Positions 1 through 12,556 of a stretch of 64,000 nucleotides of DNA are shown piece after piece. This stretch comes from Cyanophora paradoxa CCMP329 (taxonomy: Eukaryota > Plantae > Glaucophyta), in NCBI GenBank assembly GCA_004431415.1, contig QPMI01000622.1, forward strand, positions 1 through 64,000, written 5' to 3'. Made by a program: the position numbers and the translations under genes. The notes under the pieces are model-generated. The model had not been told where the DNA came from. It worked only from the letters and a program-made list of their open reading frames with translations, and searched no databases. Every line of letters starts with the position of its first letter. Position 1 is the stretch's first letter.

Positions 1-396
1 AGAGCGGTGCAGCGCTGAAGCACATTCGCGTACGTTTGCGGTCACTTCCCGGTTGACCTCCGCCGCGTCGTCGCCGCCGTCCGCCACCAACAAGCTCTTG
101 ATGGCGTAGGGCTCGCGGGTGTCGACATCGCGGCCGAGCGAGACAATGCATGTCCGGCCTGCAGAAGGCGAGCGGGAGTCAGCGCGGCGTTCGCTGCACG
201 TGCAAAGGCGCGCGGTCGCTGGAACTTTGTACGTGCGAAGCTATGCAAAGCGGGAAAGACGGCAGGCCGGGGGCCGCAGCAGATCGAATCGCTACAGGCG
301 ACCCGGCCAGCGAGTGAGCGTACCTACTTCGCTGATGACACGCTCTATCTGGACGCGCTTGTTCCCCGGGTAAACGAGACCCGCCCCTGGCTTCAT
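1..396 (-). CDS. Ser/Thr protein kinase, N-terminal part (NAK/STK16-like); runs off the window
   Basis: Spliced translation MKPGAGLVYPGNKRVQIERVISEVG|RTCIVSLGRDVDTREPYAIKSLL...EVNREV resembles kinase subdomains I-III (YAIK lysine, helix-C Glu); GT-AG intron about 159-323. Confidence 0.55.
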
Positions 397-574
397 CGCG
401 CCGCCGTTTCACAGCATCGGCGGAAGCGACGAGCGGGCCCGCGTCGGAATTCGCTGCGCTTGCCTCAGGATCGAACTGAACGCTCAGGCCCTCGGCGCCC
501 TCCTTGCGACGCCCAGGACGCTGGACCGGCCCGGGTACAAGGATTCCGGATAGGGGTAAGAGTAGAGCGTGGTC

Positions 575-1941
575 ATGGCGCTCGCGGAGGTGCGTCGGAT
601 GCGGCGCCGCGACCTTTCCCGCGCATCTCACGCGCATCTCCCGCGCAGAGGCGCGGCGACGCGCCGCACGGCAAACCGGCACACAACGCGGTCTCGCCCG
701 CAGCGTCGGCCCTCGCAGGCGTGTGTTCGGGCGCGTTTAGCACAATAGCGCTGCATCCTCTCGACGTGGTCAAAGTGCGGCTGCAGGGTGCGCCGCCGCC
801 GCGCGGCGCGCCGGCAGCTCGAGCCACTCACGCGAACCGTCACGCGCGTACGCGGGGCGGCGGCGCAGTGCACGAGGGGCTGGGGAGGACGACGCATATC
901 CCGCACTACCGGGGCACGGTGCACGCCTTCCGGACGATGGTGGCCGAGGAGGGGCTCGCCGCCCTCTACCGCGGCCTGGCGCCGGCGACCATCGCGGCGG
1001 CCGCCTCCTGGGGCTGCTACTTCTACGGGTACCAGATCATGAAGGACGGGATGCGGCAGCTGCGGGGCGGGGCGGAGCTCGGCATGGGGGACCACTTCGT
1101 CTGCTCCGCCTCGGCCGGCGTCATCGGCGTCCTCCTCACCAACCCCATCTGGCTCCTCAAGACCCGCATGCAGGCGCCTCCGCCCACTGCCCCGCTCCCC
1201 GCTGCTCGCCGCGGGCCGAGGCCGGCGCAGCTGCAGGTGGGGCGGCCGGAGGCGCTGCGGGAGGGGGCGCACTACCGGGGGATGCTGGACGGGGCGCGCC
1301 GGATCGCGGCGGAGGAGGGCCTGCGGGGCTTCTACCGGGGGGTGACCCCGGCGCTGGCGCTGACGTGCCACGGGGCGGTCCAGTTCGCCGCCTACGAGGA
1401 GCTGAAGCGGGTGGCCGAGCGGCTCGCGTGGGTGGGCGCGGGGGCCGCCCCGGGCTCCGACGGCGTCTACCTCGCCATCGGCGCCGCCTCCAAGCTCGTC
1501 GCCACCCTCGCCACCTACCCCCTCCAGGCCCGCCCCGCCCCGCCGCCCCGCCGCGGGGCCCCGCGTGACGGGGGCGCGGGGGCGCCGGGGGCAGGTGGTG
1601 AAGTCGCGGATCATGCAGCGGCCGGTGGGCGAGCTCGCCCTCGAGGAGCGCCAGCGGCCCTGGCCCACCGCCCTCCGCACCTGGCGGGTCCGCCCCCCGC
1701 CCGCCCCGCCGCCCAGCCGCCCGGCTGACGGGGCGGGCAGAACGAGGGTGTGCGGGGGTTTTACAAGGGGCTGGTGGCGAGCGTGCTGCGGACGACGCCC
1801 TCGGCCGCCGTCACCCTCTTCGCCTACGAGGTCGCCCTCCGCCACCTCACCCGCCTCTTCCCCGCCGCCCGCCCCGCACCCGCCCCCGCACACCGCGCCC
1901 CCGCCCTCCCCGTGCCCCTCCCCGAGGAGCCCGACCTCTGA
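575..1941 (+). CDS. Mitochondrial carrier family protein, folate/FAD carrier (SLC25A32-like), 6 exons
   Basis: Three carrier repeats with Px[D/E]xxK[T/S/V]R-type signatures: HPLDVVKVRLQ, NPIWLLKTRMQ, YPLQ|VVKSRIMQ; also ALYRGL, GFYRGV and GFYKGL motifs. The PIWxxKTR variant is typical of folate/FAD/NAD carriers. Confidence 0.9.
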
Positions 1942-2124
1942 CCCCGCCCCGCCCCTCCGTCTACCGGTAGATAAGTATCATAGCTTTACACATTTGGACA
2001 CGTACTAAAAACGCAGGTCCGGGCTACAAGTGTGGGAATGTACACTGCGGCCGCCGCGGCCGCGGGCCCAGCCCACCAGCAAGCTGGCCAGCAAGCAAAG
2101 CTCGTACTTAGTAAGACGCCCTGG

Positions 2125-3037
2125 CTAACTTAGTAATCGTACTTTACAGTAGTACGAGGCAGGCCCCCGCAGCTGCAAGGCGCAGGCCTCGAGGGCTGTG
2201 GGAGGGTGAGGGGTCGCGGGACGATGTGTAGATTTCGGGAAGGCCTCGGGAGCGGCTGGGCGCTGAGAGCTAGGACGCGCCGGCCTTGGAGGCGAGGTCC
2301 ATCTCCTCGCGCCGCCGGATGGCCTCCTCCTCCTCCCGCCGCCGCCGCTCGAGCACCTCCCGCTCCCGCGCCTCCGCCTCCGCCTGCTTCCGCGCCCGCC
2401 GCGCCGCGTACTCCGCCTCCTCTGCCCCGCCCCGCCCCACACGTCGCCGCGCCGCGCCCCGGCCGCGGGGCGTGGGTCGGGCGCGGCGGACCGGCCTGGG
2501 CCTTCGCGGCGGCCGCGCGCTGCGAGAGCTTCTCCACGATCGTGCGCACTTTCCCGATGTCGCCCCCGCGCACTTGGGACTCCACTTGCTTCCCGTTCAC
2601 GAGGAAAGTGAATGTGGGCACTGCGCTCACGCTGTACTGCAAGGCCAGTTCCTGACATTCGTCGATGTCCACTTTCGCGAATTTGACGCCCGGGAATTCC
2701 GTGCTCATCTTTTCGAACCTGCGCGAGCAGAGGTTCAGGTGGGCGCGCGCGCGAGACCGAGGGCGCGCCGCAACGCGCGGTGGCGCAACGCGGTGCGCTC
2801 TGTGAGGCTCACATCGGGGCGACGGTCCGGCACGGCCCACACCTGCACGTGTTATCATGATCAATGCGCGAAGACCAGCGCGCTTGGCTTCCGGCGCGTG
2901 CAGGAGAAGGGGCGCATGATCATGCGCTCGACGCACCAGGATGCGGAGAAATCAATAACGACGGGCGCATCCCCGGCCTCGCGGCACAGGCGTTTCAACG
3001 CGTCCTCACTTCCTACGTGGACGACGGCAGACGGCAT
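2125..3037 (-). CDS. Thioredoxin-domain protein with a charged C-terminal extension
   Basis: Spliced VVIDFSASW|CGPCRTVAP|FEKMSTEFPGVKFAKVDIDECQELALQYSVSAVPTF, a canonical WCGPC site. The stop position (2125-2132) is uncertain. Confidence 0.88.
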
Positions 3038-3211
3038 GGCTGGTGCACGAGGCTTTTGCGTGTATGTTGCGAGGGCGCTCTGCGTACTAGATGCGTGCTG
3101 CTGCGCTACACTGCGACGTGTGTGACTGCCGCCAGACTGCGTCGGTTGGGGGTACCGCGCACCGGCCGCGGCGTCGGCGTAGCTCGTCTGCGCTTGAAGC
3201 GGCACGTACAA

Positions 3212-5003
3212 ATGGCAGTGCTGGCCGCGGGACGCGCTTTCGGCGACACGTTCGGCCACGTCGATGGTGCGGCGTCGGCGGCCAGCGGTGCGAGCGAAGG
3301 GTGCATCGCAGCGTCGTGGGAGCACGTATACGTGGCCGATGGATCGTCCGCCAGAAACGCGAAATCGCCCAGCGCGAGTCCCGCATCCTCCGGCGCGGCG
3401 TTCATCCGCCTCTTCGCGCGGAGCGCGCTAGCTTCGGGAGCAGCGGGCGGCAGCGCCGAGCGGGATGCAGATGAGACGCCTCTCTGTAGGAGCGTGCGCG
3501 TGCCGCTGCGGGGCGCGGTGCGGAGCCTGGCGTGCGGCGTGGACCGCTGCGTCGCGGCCATGGAGGACGGCAGCGTCATCGAGATCAGGTGCACGCCTCC
3601 GCGTCCCGCCTGCCGCGTGCACGCGCAGCATCCCGATGGGGCCTCGCACGCGCCGGGTCCGCAGGGAAAGCGCGCTGCCGCACCTGCGGCCGAGGCCGTT
3701 GGACGGCTTCGAGGGCCGCCCCGTAACCCGCGTCTGTGCGCCGCCCTCCGCCTACCCCGCCCCTAGCGCCCCGCCCGACGGCCACCGCGCAGACGCGTGT
3801 GACGACCACTTCGCGGCGCTCACCGCCGACGGGCGCCTCTACCAGTGCGGCCCCGGCCGGAGCCCCGCAGGGCCGCGGCGGGCGCCCGACGCCGGCTCGC
3901 GTGCAGGTGGGGTGAGGTGCACGGCCGGGGCCGCCTGGAGGCGCCCGAGCTCGCGGGGGGATCGGACGAGGCGCCCCTCGCCGGCGCGGCCTGCGGCAGC
4001 CGGTGCGGCCGGCCGCGCGCGGGGCGGCGGTGGCGGAGGGGCGGGCTGAAGCGGCGCGGGGCAGGCACCTGCTGCTGCTGGGTGCGGCGGGGGAGGTGCT
4101 GGCGTGCGGGTGGAACCTGTACGGCCAGGCGCGCCCCGGCGGCCGGGGCGGCTTCGGGGCGCTGAGGGGGCGCAGGTGGGGACGGGGGACACGGCGGAGG
4201 TGGCCAAGCCCCGGCTCCTCCCCGCCCTCGCCGGCCTGGCGCGCCGCCCGGCCCTGGGGCGGGGGCGGGGGCTGAGGGGCGGGGGGCAGCGGGTGGTGGG
4301 CGTGGCGGCGGGGCCGTGGCACTCGGCGGCCGTCACCGACGCGGGGGACCTCTACACGTGCCGCCCGCCCCCGCCCGCCCCTCCTCCCCCCCTCGACCCG
4401 CCGGCCGCAGCTGGGGTTGGGGCGACGCCGGCATGCTCGGCCACGGCGACACTGCCGTCCGCACGGAGCCCACGCGCCTCTCCCTCCCCGCCGCCGCAGC
4501 CCGCCCCGCCCGCCAAGCGCCCCGCCTCGAGCCGGGGGCCCCCGCCGGCGGCAGCGGCAGCCCGGTGCCCTCGTCGAGCGAGGAGGGGTCGGACGGGGAG
4601 GGGGAGGAGGAGAGCTTCGCGGCGGTGGCGTGCGGGGCGCGGCACACGGCCGCCCTCACCGAGGACGGCCGCCTCTTCGTCTGGGGCTGGAACAAGGCCC
4701 GCCCCGCCCCGCCCCCGCCCCGCCCCCGCCCCCGCCGAGCGCTGCCGCGCGCAGTACGGGCAGTTGGGCCTGGGGGACCGGGAAGAGCGGCACCGCCCCG
4801 CCCCCGCCCCTGCGCCCCGCTGCGCGGCCCTCGCCTGCGGCTGGTGGTCCACCGTCTGCCTCCCCGCCCGCCCCCCGCCCGACGCCGACGCCGCACGCCC
4901 CGCCTCCTCCGAGAACGCTCTCCGCTCCGCAGCGGCATCGGCGCGGGCGCACCCTAGCACAGGCGCTTGCCGCCCCGGCCCTCTCGGAATGCCCGACGCA
5001 TAG
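3212..5003 (+). CDS. RCC1-repeat beta-propeller protein
   Basis: Repeated RCC1 motifs after splicing: VAAGPWHSAAVTDAGDLYT|WGWGDAGMLGHG, VACGARHTAALTEDGRLFVWGWNK|YGQLGLGD, LACGWWST. Confidence 0.85.
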
Positions 5004-5195
5004 CTTAGCTCAGCTCACTTGGGTTAGTAGCGGACGGCGTCGTGTGGTGACGAGCGGCGACCTTGGATTACGATTCCTGACGCTAGAAAACCTGACCTGT
5101 GCTACCTCGGGGGCTACGAGAGGAGCTGCGCGGAACGAATCGGTGAGGCGGCAGGGACGGCGCGCGCGCGGGCAGGACGCGCACCGGCACGAAAG

Positions 5196-5654
5196 CTATG
5201 CGGACCGGAGCATGGAGATGGCCTTTGCCACCGTTTCGACGTCCAGGGCGGGGTCCACGGGCAGCGGCACGGGCTCGTCGACGATGGAGACGACCTTGCG
5301 TTCGGTCTTTGGTTCGTTGGGGTACTTGCGGACGCGCGAGAACTTAACCCAACCCTCCCGCAGCGCGAAGAGCGTGTGATCCTTGCCCGCGCCCACGCCC
5401 GGGCCTGGGTGGTGCTGGAAGCCGCGCTGGCGGATGATGATGTTGCCTGGCACCACGAACTCGCCGCCAAACTTCTTGACACCGAGGCGCTTGCTGTGAG
5501 AATCACGCCCGTTCCTCGTGGAGCCACCGGCGCGCTTCGTCGCCATCCCGCGCTCGAGCACCGCGGCGGGCCCGTCCAGCAGCGCACCGACCTCCGCGGG
5601 GGCTGCAGCCGCCGGGCGGAGCGCCGCGGCGCCGCGCAGGGCGAAGCGAAGCAT
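5196..5654 (-). CDS. MRPL27: Mitochondrial ribosomal protein bL27m, intronless
   Basis: Arg/Ala-rich presequence followed by [47 protein letters not shown]...[16 protein letters not shown]. Confidence 0.93.
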   Translation of the reverse strand: MLRFALRGAAALRPAAAAPAEVGALLDGPAAVLERGMATKRAGGSTRNGRDSHSKRLGVKKFGGEFVVPGNIIIRQRGFQHHPGPGVGAGKDHTLFALREGWVKFSRVRKYPNEPKTERKVVSIVDEPVPLPVDPALDVETVAKAISMLRSA

Positions 5655-5715
5655 GCTGCTCGGTTTTGCCTCTACCCCCGGTCGGGAGGAGCGAGCGGAT
5701 ACGGATACACAGAAA

Positions 5716-7636
5716 ATGGCCGCAAGCGCGTCCGGAGAGCGCGAGATCCAGGCTCGTTTCGTGACTAAGCTATCTTCGATACGCGTGGCCGATGTGCCCA
5801 TTTCGCTCCCGAGGAAGCTCACCCGGCTAGGGCTCTCCGAGGTCATCAACCACCTCCTCTCTCTCGGTGAGCGCGCATTTCGAGTCGTACGCCCGTCCCA
5901 GCTAGCTTCTGACCTGTGTGCGCGCCCCCGCACGGCACCCTCGCAGATCCGCAGCGGTCCTTCGACTTCCTCATCGATGGCGAGTTCCTGCGCACCTCAC
6001 TTGACAGGTTCCTCACGAAGAAGGGCCTCTCTGGGGTGCGTGCAGCGCTCTGCGCCCTCCCCGCGCACCGGGGGGCGAGCGGCGGGCGAGCAGGAGGCGG
6101 TGATCACGATCGAGTACGTCGAGTCTGTGCCGAAGCCAAAGGAGGCCGCCGAGGCGAAGCACGACGACTGGGTCAGCTCGCTCGCTTGTGCCGCCGGGTA
6201 AGCCGCCTTTGCGTGCGCTCCGCGCGCCTCGCGCCGCAGCGGCTGATCGGCGCAGGCTGGTGCTGGCCGGCTCGTACGACGGGGCGGCGCGCGTGTACAG
6301 CCCCGAGATGGAGCTGCGTGGCACGCTCGCCGGCGCCCACGCGGGGCCCATCCGCGCCGTCTGCTGGGTCGCCGCCCCCGACACGGAGGGCGCCGGCCCC
6401 TCCGGTACGCGAGCGCGCCGCCTCCGCCGCGCCCCGAGCGGGCCGCCGCTGATGCGGTGGAGCAGAGGGGCAGGGGCCGCTGACGTGCGCGACGGCGTCG
6501 AAGGACTGCACGGCGGTCCTCTGGTCGGTGCGCGGGACGCCCCGCCGGCCCCGCGGGCGGCCGCCGAGGGGGCGGGGCGCAGGGGACGGTTGACGGGGAG
6601 TGGCGGGCGCGGGCGGCGCTGAAGGGGCACGGGGACTCGGTGGAGGCCGTCTGCGCCTCCCCCGACCAGAGCATGGCCCGCCGCCCCGCCCCCGCCCCGC
6701 GCCCCCGCCCCGGCGAGCGGGGGCGGCAGGTGGCGACGGGCTCCTGGGACAAGACCATCCGGCTGTGGGCGGCCGCGCTGGGGCCCGAGGAGGCCGGCAA
6801 GAAGGGCCCCGCGCCGGCCAAGCGCAAGAAGCGCCGCGGCGAGGGCGCCGACGAGGCCCCCGCCCCGCCCGCCGAGGAGCGCGTGCGCACCCGCCCCGCC
6901 GGCCCGGCCCGGCGCGGCGCCGAGGGGCGGTGGGGTGCAGGAGGCGCGGGGGTGCTTCGCGGGGCACGGGCAGGCGGTGACGGGGTGGCGTGGCCGGCCC
7001 CCGGGCTGCTGTTCAGCGCCTCGTGGGACCACACCGTCCGCCAGTGGGACGTCGAGACCGGCTCCTGCACCGCCACCCTCGTCCGCACCCCGGCCCCGCA
7101 CCGCCCCGCCCGCCCGCCCGCCCCGGCCCACCGGGCGGGGCGGGGCAGACGGGGGCCAAGGCGGCGCTCTCGCTCTCGGTCTCGCCGCAGTCGGGCCTCC
7201 TCGCGACGGGCGGCTCCGACCCCACCGTCCGCGTCTGGGACCCCCGCGAGTCCGGTGCCCCGCCCTGGCCCCGCCCGCCCACCCCCGGCCCCTGACGCCC
7301 CGCAGGCGGGGCGGTGCTGCGGGCGCAGCTGGGGCGGGAGCGGGTGGGCGGCGGGGGTGGCGTGGGCGCCGCACCGGGCGCACCTGCTGGCCTCGGCCTC
7401 CTACGACGGCTCCCTCCGCCTCTGGGACATCCGCGCCCGCACCCCGCTCCACTCCCTCCCCGTGCGCCCCGCCCCGCCCCTGCCCCCCGCCCCGCCTCAC
7501 GCCCCCGCAGGCGCACGAAGAGAAGGCGCTGTGCGTCGCCTGGCTCGCCGCCGCCCCCGGCGCCCGCCGCCTCGCGAGCGGCGGCGCCGACGGCCGCGTC
7601 AAGGCGCACTCCCTCGACGCCAGCGGCGAGGAGTAG
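5716..7636 (+). CDS. WDR12: Ribosome biogenesis WD40 protein WDR12/Ytm1
   Basis: N-terminal NLE domain (ARFVTK...[14 protein letters not shown]|...[14 protein letters not shown]...|EAVITIEY), then HDDWVSSL and WD repeats ([43 protein letters not shown]). Confidence 0.93.
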
Positions 7637-8132
7637 CTAGCGACGGCGTTGGGCGCGTGCATGTCGCTGTTGCGTCAATCTTGAGCGCGAGCAATGTTGT
7701 CCGGCGCGCTGTGCTTGCGACTGATAAGTATGAAACGCTGAATTCTATTTAGCAGCGCGAGAGCGCGAGAGAACTCCCCGGGCCCCGGCCCGACGGCGCG
7801 TCGGCGCCGCGGGCCGGGGTACCGGCTCCGGATTTGTCAGCGCCTTTCGAAGAGAGCCCCGCGCCTCTCTGGGATTCAACACATCGGATTAAGTTGATGC
7901 TATCAAAATAGGGCGCCGGACTGGCGCGTCTTGAGCAGCCGTGCTGCAGGCAGTCTGACGGTTAGCTAGCTAGCGCGATCCGGCTCCTCCTGGGCTGCGT
8001 ACGTGAGAGACGGTGAGGCTACGCCAGATCCACTAGTTTTGATCAAGTAAGCTGCCGCTGCGCCGGCCCGAGCCGCCGCATGCGAAGCGGCCGACCTTTG
8101 CTGAGCAGTATGAGCGGCAGCCCCGGGCAGCG

Positions 8133-10698
8133 ATGACGCAGGCGCTGGTCCTTGTCGTCGGCTTCGTCTTCACCACGGCAGTTGCGTGCTGGCTGTGCTA
8201 CTACCTCGCCGCGCCCACCGTGAAACGCGACTGGCACGCCCTTGTCACCGTGCGTACGACCGCCGCCGGATTGCCGATCGGCGGAGCCGGCACTCACACG
8301 CGGGACGGCAGTCGATGATATGCTACTCCTCCTCGTTCTTCATCATCCTCCTCTTCCCGTCCGATCTCGCCACGGTCCGCGCGCCGGGCGAGCCCATCCC
8401 CGGGGCGCGGCGCGAGGGCGGTGGCGGGGGCAGTCGTACACGCGGAACACGGACGTGGGGCGGGGCGTGTACGAGGGGATCTGGCGCTTCGCGTACTGGA
8501 GCACGCAGATCCTCTCCAACGTCGTGGTCCCCATGCAGCAGTCCTGGGTGCAGGCCGGCGAGTTCACGCGCCGCGGCAAGCTCCGGCGCTTCGGGAAGGA
8601 GAACCTGTGGAAGCTCAGCGCGGTGCTCGTCATCGCGGTCATCGCCCTCGTCGTCCTCGTCGCCAAGTTCCGCTCCCTCCTCAACATGTGCCCCGCCCAG
8701 CCCCGCCCCGCCCCGCCCCGCCCCGGCGGCGGGGGCCTCACGGGGGGCAGGACGAGCCTGCTGGCGCTGCTGATCGGCCTCGGCAACGCCTACGGCCTCG
8801 TCTTCTGCGTCCTCCTCCTCGGCTTCGGCTCCGTCGAGGCCCGCCCCGCCCGCTCCGGCCCCCGCGGCGGGGCCCGACGGGCCGGGGGCGGGGCAGATGC
8901 CGCGGCGGGTGTGGCAGGCGGGGGACGCGGCGGTGGTGGAGCGGCGCTGCCAGGCGCGGGCCCGCGCCGCCTACGACCGCCTCGACGACGCCGCCTGCCT
9001 CGTCGCCCTCTACCGCAGCGTGCGGCCCGCCCCCGCCCCGCGCCGCCCGCCGCGCGCCGGCCTCGTCCGAGGGCGGGGCAGCGGGCGCAGGAGGCGGGGC
9101 GGGTGCTGGAGGGGCAGCGGGGCGGGGAGGAGCTGCGGCCGCACGTGGAGCGGATCCTCGCCAAGGTGCCCGAGGGGTACGACCCGGAGGAGCAGGCGCG
9201 GCTGCTGGGGCGCGACGCGGAGGCGGGGGTGCGGGCGGGGTGGGCCGGAGAGGCGGTGACGCTCTCGGCCCTCGTGGACCTCCACCGCGACCTCAAGGAC
9301 GCCGCCCTCCGCTTCCAGCGCGCCCGCAGGCCCGCCCCCCGCCCGCCCCGCCCCGCCCCGGGGGCCGCTGAGGGCGAGGCGGGGCAGCGAGTGGGAGGCG
9401 CTCGTCGCGGCCGCCCGCGAGGCGCGCGACGTGCTCGAGAACGCCCGCGGCGCCCCGGCCCCCTTCCGCTCCTCCGACCCCGCCCGCCCCCAGCGGCCCC
9501 CCGCCCTCCTCCTCGCCGGTGCCCCCGCCCACTCCGCCCCCGCCGCCTCCGCGGGCGGGGGTGACGCGGCGGCAGAGTGGTGGTGGAAGTGCCGGGTGCG
9601 GGGCCCGGCGCTGCGGGGGGCGGCGCTGGTGCTGGGGGCGGCGTCGGTGGCGGTGGTGTGGAGCGAGGTGACGCTCTTCGCGGGGCGGCCCCTCTCGCCC
9701 TTCGCCTACCTCGTCTCCCCCGGGGCCTCCTTCGGGGCCGTGCAGCTGCGCGTCGCGCTGCCGCTCGCCTACATGGCCGCCTGCGCCTACTTCACCCTCT
9801 CGACCCTCCGGATCCCGTACATGTACCAGCTGGGCGCGGGGCGCCGGACGGACGCCTACTCGCTCCTCTTCCACGCCGCCTACGCCGCCCGCATCTCTTC
9901 CTCCATGCCCGCCCCCGCCCCGCCCCGCCCCCGCCCCGCCCCGCCCCGCCCCCCGGCGCTGAGGCGGAGCCGCCGGGCGGCAGGTGCTACAACTACATGC
10001 ACATGCTGAGCCTCGACCCCGCACTGCCCCTCACCGCCTTCGAGCGCGTGCGCGCCCGCCCCGCACCCCCTCCCTTCCCCCTCCCTCCCCTGCGCCTCAC
10101 TCGGGGCAGATCATGGGCCCGGCGCTGAGCTTCTTCGGGTCGCTCTCGCGGTTCTTCAACCTGTACTTCCCGATCTGCGTGGGGGTCTTCTGCGGGGTGG
10201 CGGCCCTCCCGCGGCGCGCCCTGGAGGCCCTGCGCCTCGCCTTCCTCCGCCCGGGCCTCAGCCCCGACCCCGACGCCCTCGCCGACGGCGCCGCCCTCCT
10301 CGACCAGGGCCCGCCCCCGCCCCGCCCCCCCGCCCGCCTCCTGCCCCCGCCAACGCCGCCCCGCAGAGCTCGCGCGGGGGCGGGGAAGGGGCCGGGGCGG
10401 GGCGGCGGTCGCGGGGGCGCCCTCGGCGGGACGCCGTCGAGCGCGCTCGAGCGGGAGGCGAGCGCGATGGCGATGCTCCCCGCCGACGACGAGGACCGCC
10501 TCTTCGCCCCGTGCCCCTCGGCCCGCCCCGGCCCCGCGCGGCGAGGCCCCCGCCGGCGCCGGCGGCTGGCGCGGGGCGGCCATGGCCTCGCGCCTCTCGG
10601 CCCTCGCCTCCAAGGCGGGGCGCGGCGTCTCCAAGCTCGCCGGCGACTTCCAGTACTTCACCCTCGCCCGCTCCCCCGCCGCCGGCGCCGCCGCCTAG
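8133..10698 (+). CDS. LMBR1-like membrane protein (LMBRD2-type)
   Basis: IILLFPSDLA, IWRFAYWSTQILSNVVVPMQQSWVQAGEFT, LGNAYGLVFCVLLLGFGSVE|MPR, VVWSEVT, RRTDAYSLLFHAAYAAR, CYNYM, FNLYFPI. An apparent indel lies near 10510-10530. Confidence 0.88.
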
Positions 10699-10886
10699 CC
10701 CCCTCGCTCCCCGCCGCCCCTCTCGTCGTCCCTCCCATGCATAGGCGCCGTGCCGGAAAAAGAGAGTTGCAAAAAAAGATCGGAAGGGGGGACACGGGGC
10801 TATGCTACAGGGGTGCGGGGCTGCCGCTACGCTGCCTAGGTGCTGCCTGGTGGTGCTGCCTGCTGGATGCGGGGGCCGGGGCGGGG

Positions 10887-12556
10887 CTACCAGTCGGCCT
10901 CGGCGAGGGCGGCGGCGAGCGGGTCCGCCTCGCCGGCGAGGCCCTCGACGTCCGCCTCCACCTCCTCCACGTACACGTACCCCTCCCCCTCCCCCTCCGC
11001 CCCCGCCGGCTTCTCCTCCCCGCCCGCACCCTCCTTCTCCTCCTCCCCGCCCGCACCCTCCTGCTGCTGCTGCTGCTGCTGCTGGTCGCCCTGGGCGGCG
11101 GCGGCGGCCTGCTTGGCGGCCTGCTCCTTCATGAACTTTTCCTTGGCGGCGGCCTCCTCCTTGGCCATCGCGTCCTTCAGCGTCGCCCGCTGCCCCGCCG
11201 TCAGCGCGGCCCCCGCGGGCGGCGGCGGCGGCGGCGAGCGGGCGCACGTCCAGGCGCAGGTTGCGGAGGATCTTGCAGGGGACCACCTTCAGCTGCGTCG
11301 TCCCGTCCTCCGCCGTCTCCGTCTCCATGTGCCCCCCGACGATCCGGATCCGGTCGAACGTCAGCCGGTGCTGCCCCCCGCGCGTCAGGCCGGCGCAGGC
11401 GGGTGGCGGGGCGGGGCTCGGGGCGGGGGCGGGCGCACGTCGTCGGCGGGGCGGGGCTCGTGGGCGCGGTAGGGCCAGGGCTGGACACCGCCCTCGTGCG
11501 TGCCGTCGGGCCCCGGGATGGGCTCGGGCCACGGCCCGTCCTCGGGGGCGAGCGGCCCGTCGTCGCTGTCCCACGTGGCGTCCTTGCTCATCTTGAAGGC
11601 CTTCTTGATCTCCTCCTCGGGGGCGATGATCTTGCCGTCGTCCTGCGAGCCGAACGACTGCAGCATCCACATCACCTCGCTCCCGCCGATGAGCGACCCG
11701 AAGATGCCGTAGTTGCCGTCCAGGGCGTCGTTGTCGGTGCTGTTGAGGTTGATGAAGAACTGCGAGTTCTGCAGCTTCTGCTCGGAGCCGTCGTTCGCCA
11801 TGGAGAGCGTGCCGAGCGTGTGGTGGTGGAGCTTCAGCGCCGCCTCCTCCGCGGGGAAAGGCTCCCCGAAGGCGCTCTTGCCGCCCGTCCCCGGCTGGCA
11901 CGGGTGCACCTCCGTGATCTTCCCCGTCCCCGCCTCCTCCCCCTGGAAGATCCGCGAGCACGTCGTGTCACCGCCCTTGATCATGTAGTTGTTGATCACG
12001 CTGCCCCCCCGCCGTCAGCGCCTCGCCGCCACCTCCGCCGGCGCGCCGCCCCGAGCGCACCGGTGCAGCTCAGTGTTGAAGTAGCAGCGATCCCTGTCCA
12101 CGACCTTCTCGCTGTCATCCAAGTCTTTTGTCTCTTCTGTCGGCTCGGCGCAGCGGATGAGCCGCTCGAAGTTCTCCACCTGCCGCAGAGTCAGCGGGGC
12201 CGAAACGAGTCACCGCCATGCTCGGGCGCACCGCCTTGGGCGCAACATCTTTGTACAGCTCGAACTTCAGCTTGGCGTCCTTCAGGTACTCGCCTGCGCG
12301 CGACGTGTGAGACCGCCACAACGAGGCTCTTTGCGGGAGGGTCTTAGCCGCGGACCGTCTCCGATGGCGAGGTTCTGCGCGTCGGGAGCTCAGTTTGAGG
12401 TAGCAGATGAGAAAGAAGCAGGCGCAGACGCACGAGCCAAGCCACGTGACACTGCCCATCCTCGACTTGGTCCGCCGCTGGGGCATTCGAGGCGGCTGTG
12501 GTCTCCGTGGTGTTCGTGTTCTCCGCAGGCGTGTTACTCGCACCTTCCGTTGCCAT
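10887..12556 (-). CDS. Cyclophilin-domain protein (divergent PPIase) with acidic C-terminal tail
   Basis: LKFELYKDVAPKA|VENFERL...ELHR|VINNYMIKGGD...GKSAFGEPF...GTLSMAN...NSQFFINL...LDGNYGIFG. Confidence 0.85.

Noticed and set aside
1527-1595. Introner-type (transposon-derived) intron family
   Set aside because: Introns share low-complexity CCCCG/GGGGC composition but no alignable unique sequence, TIRs or TSDs.
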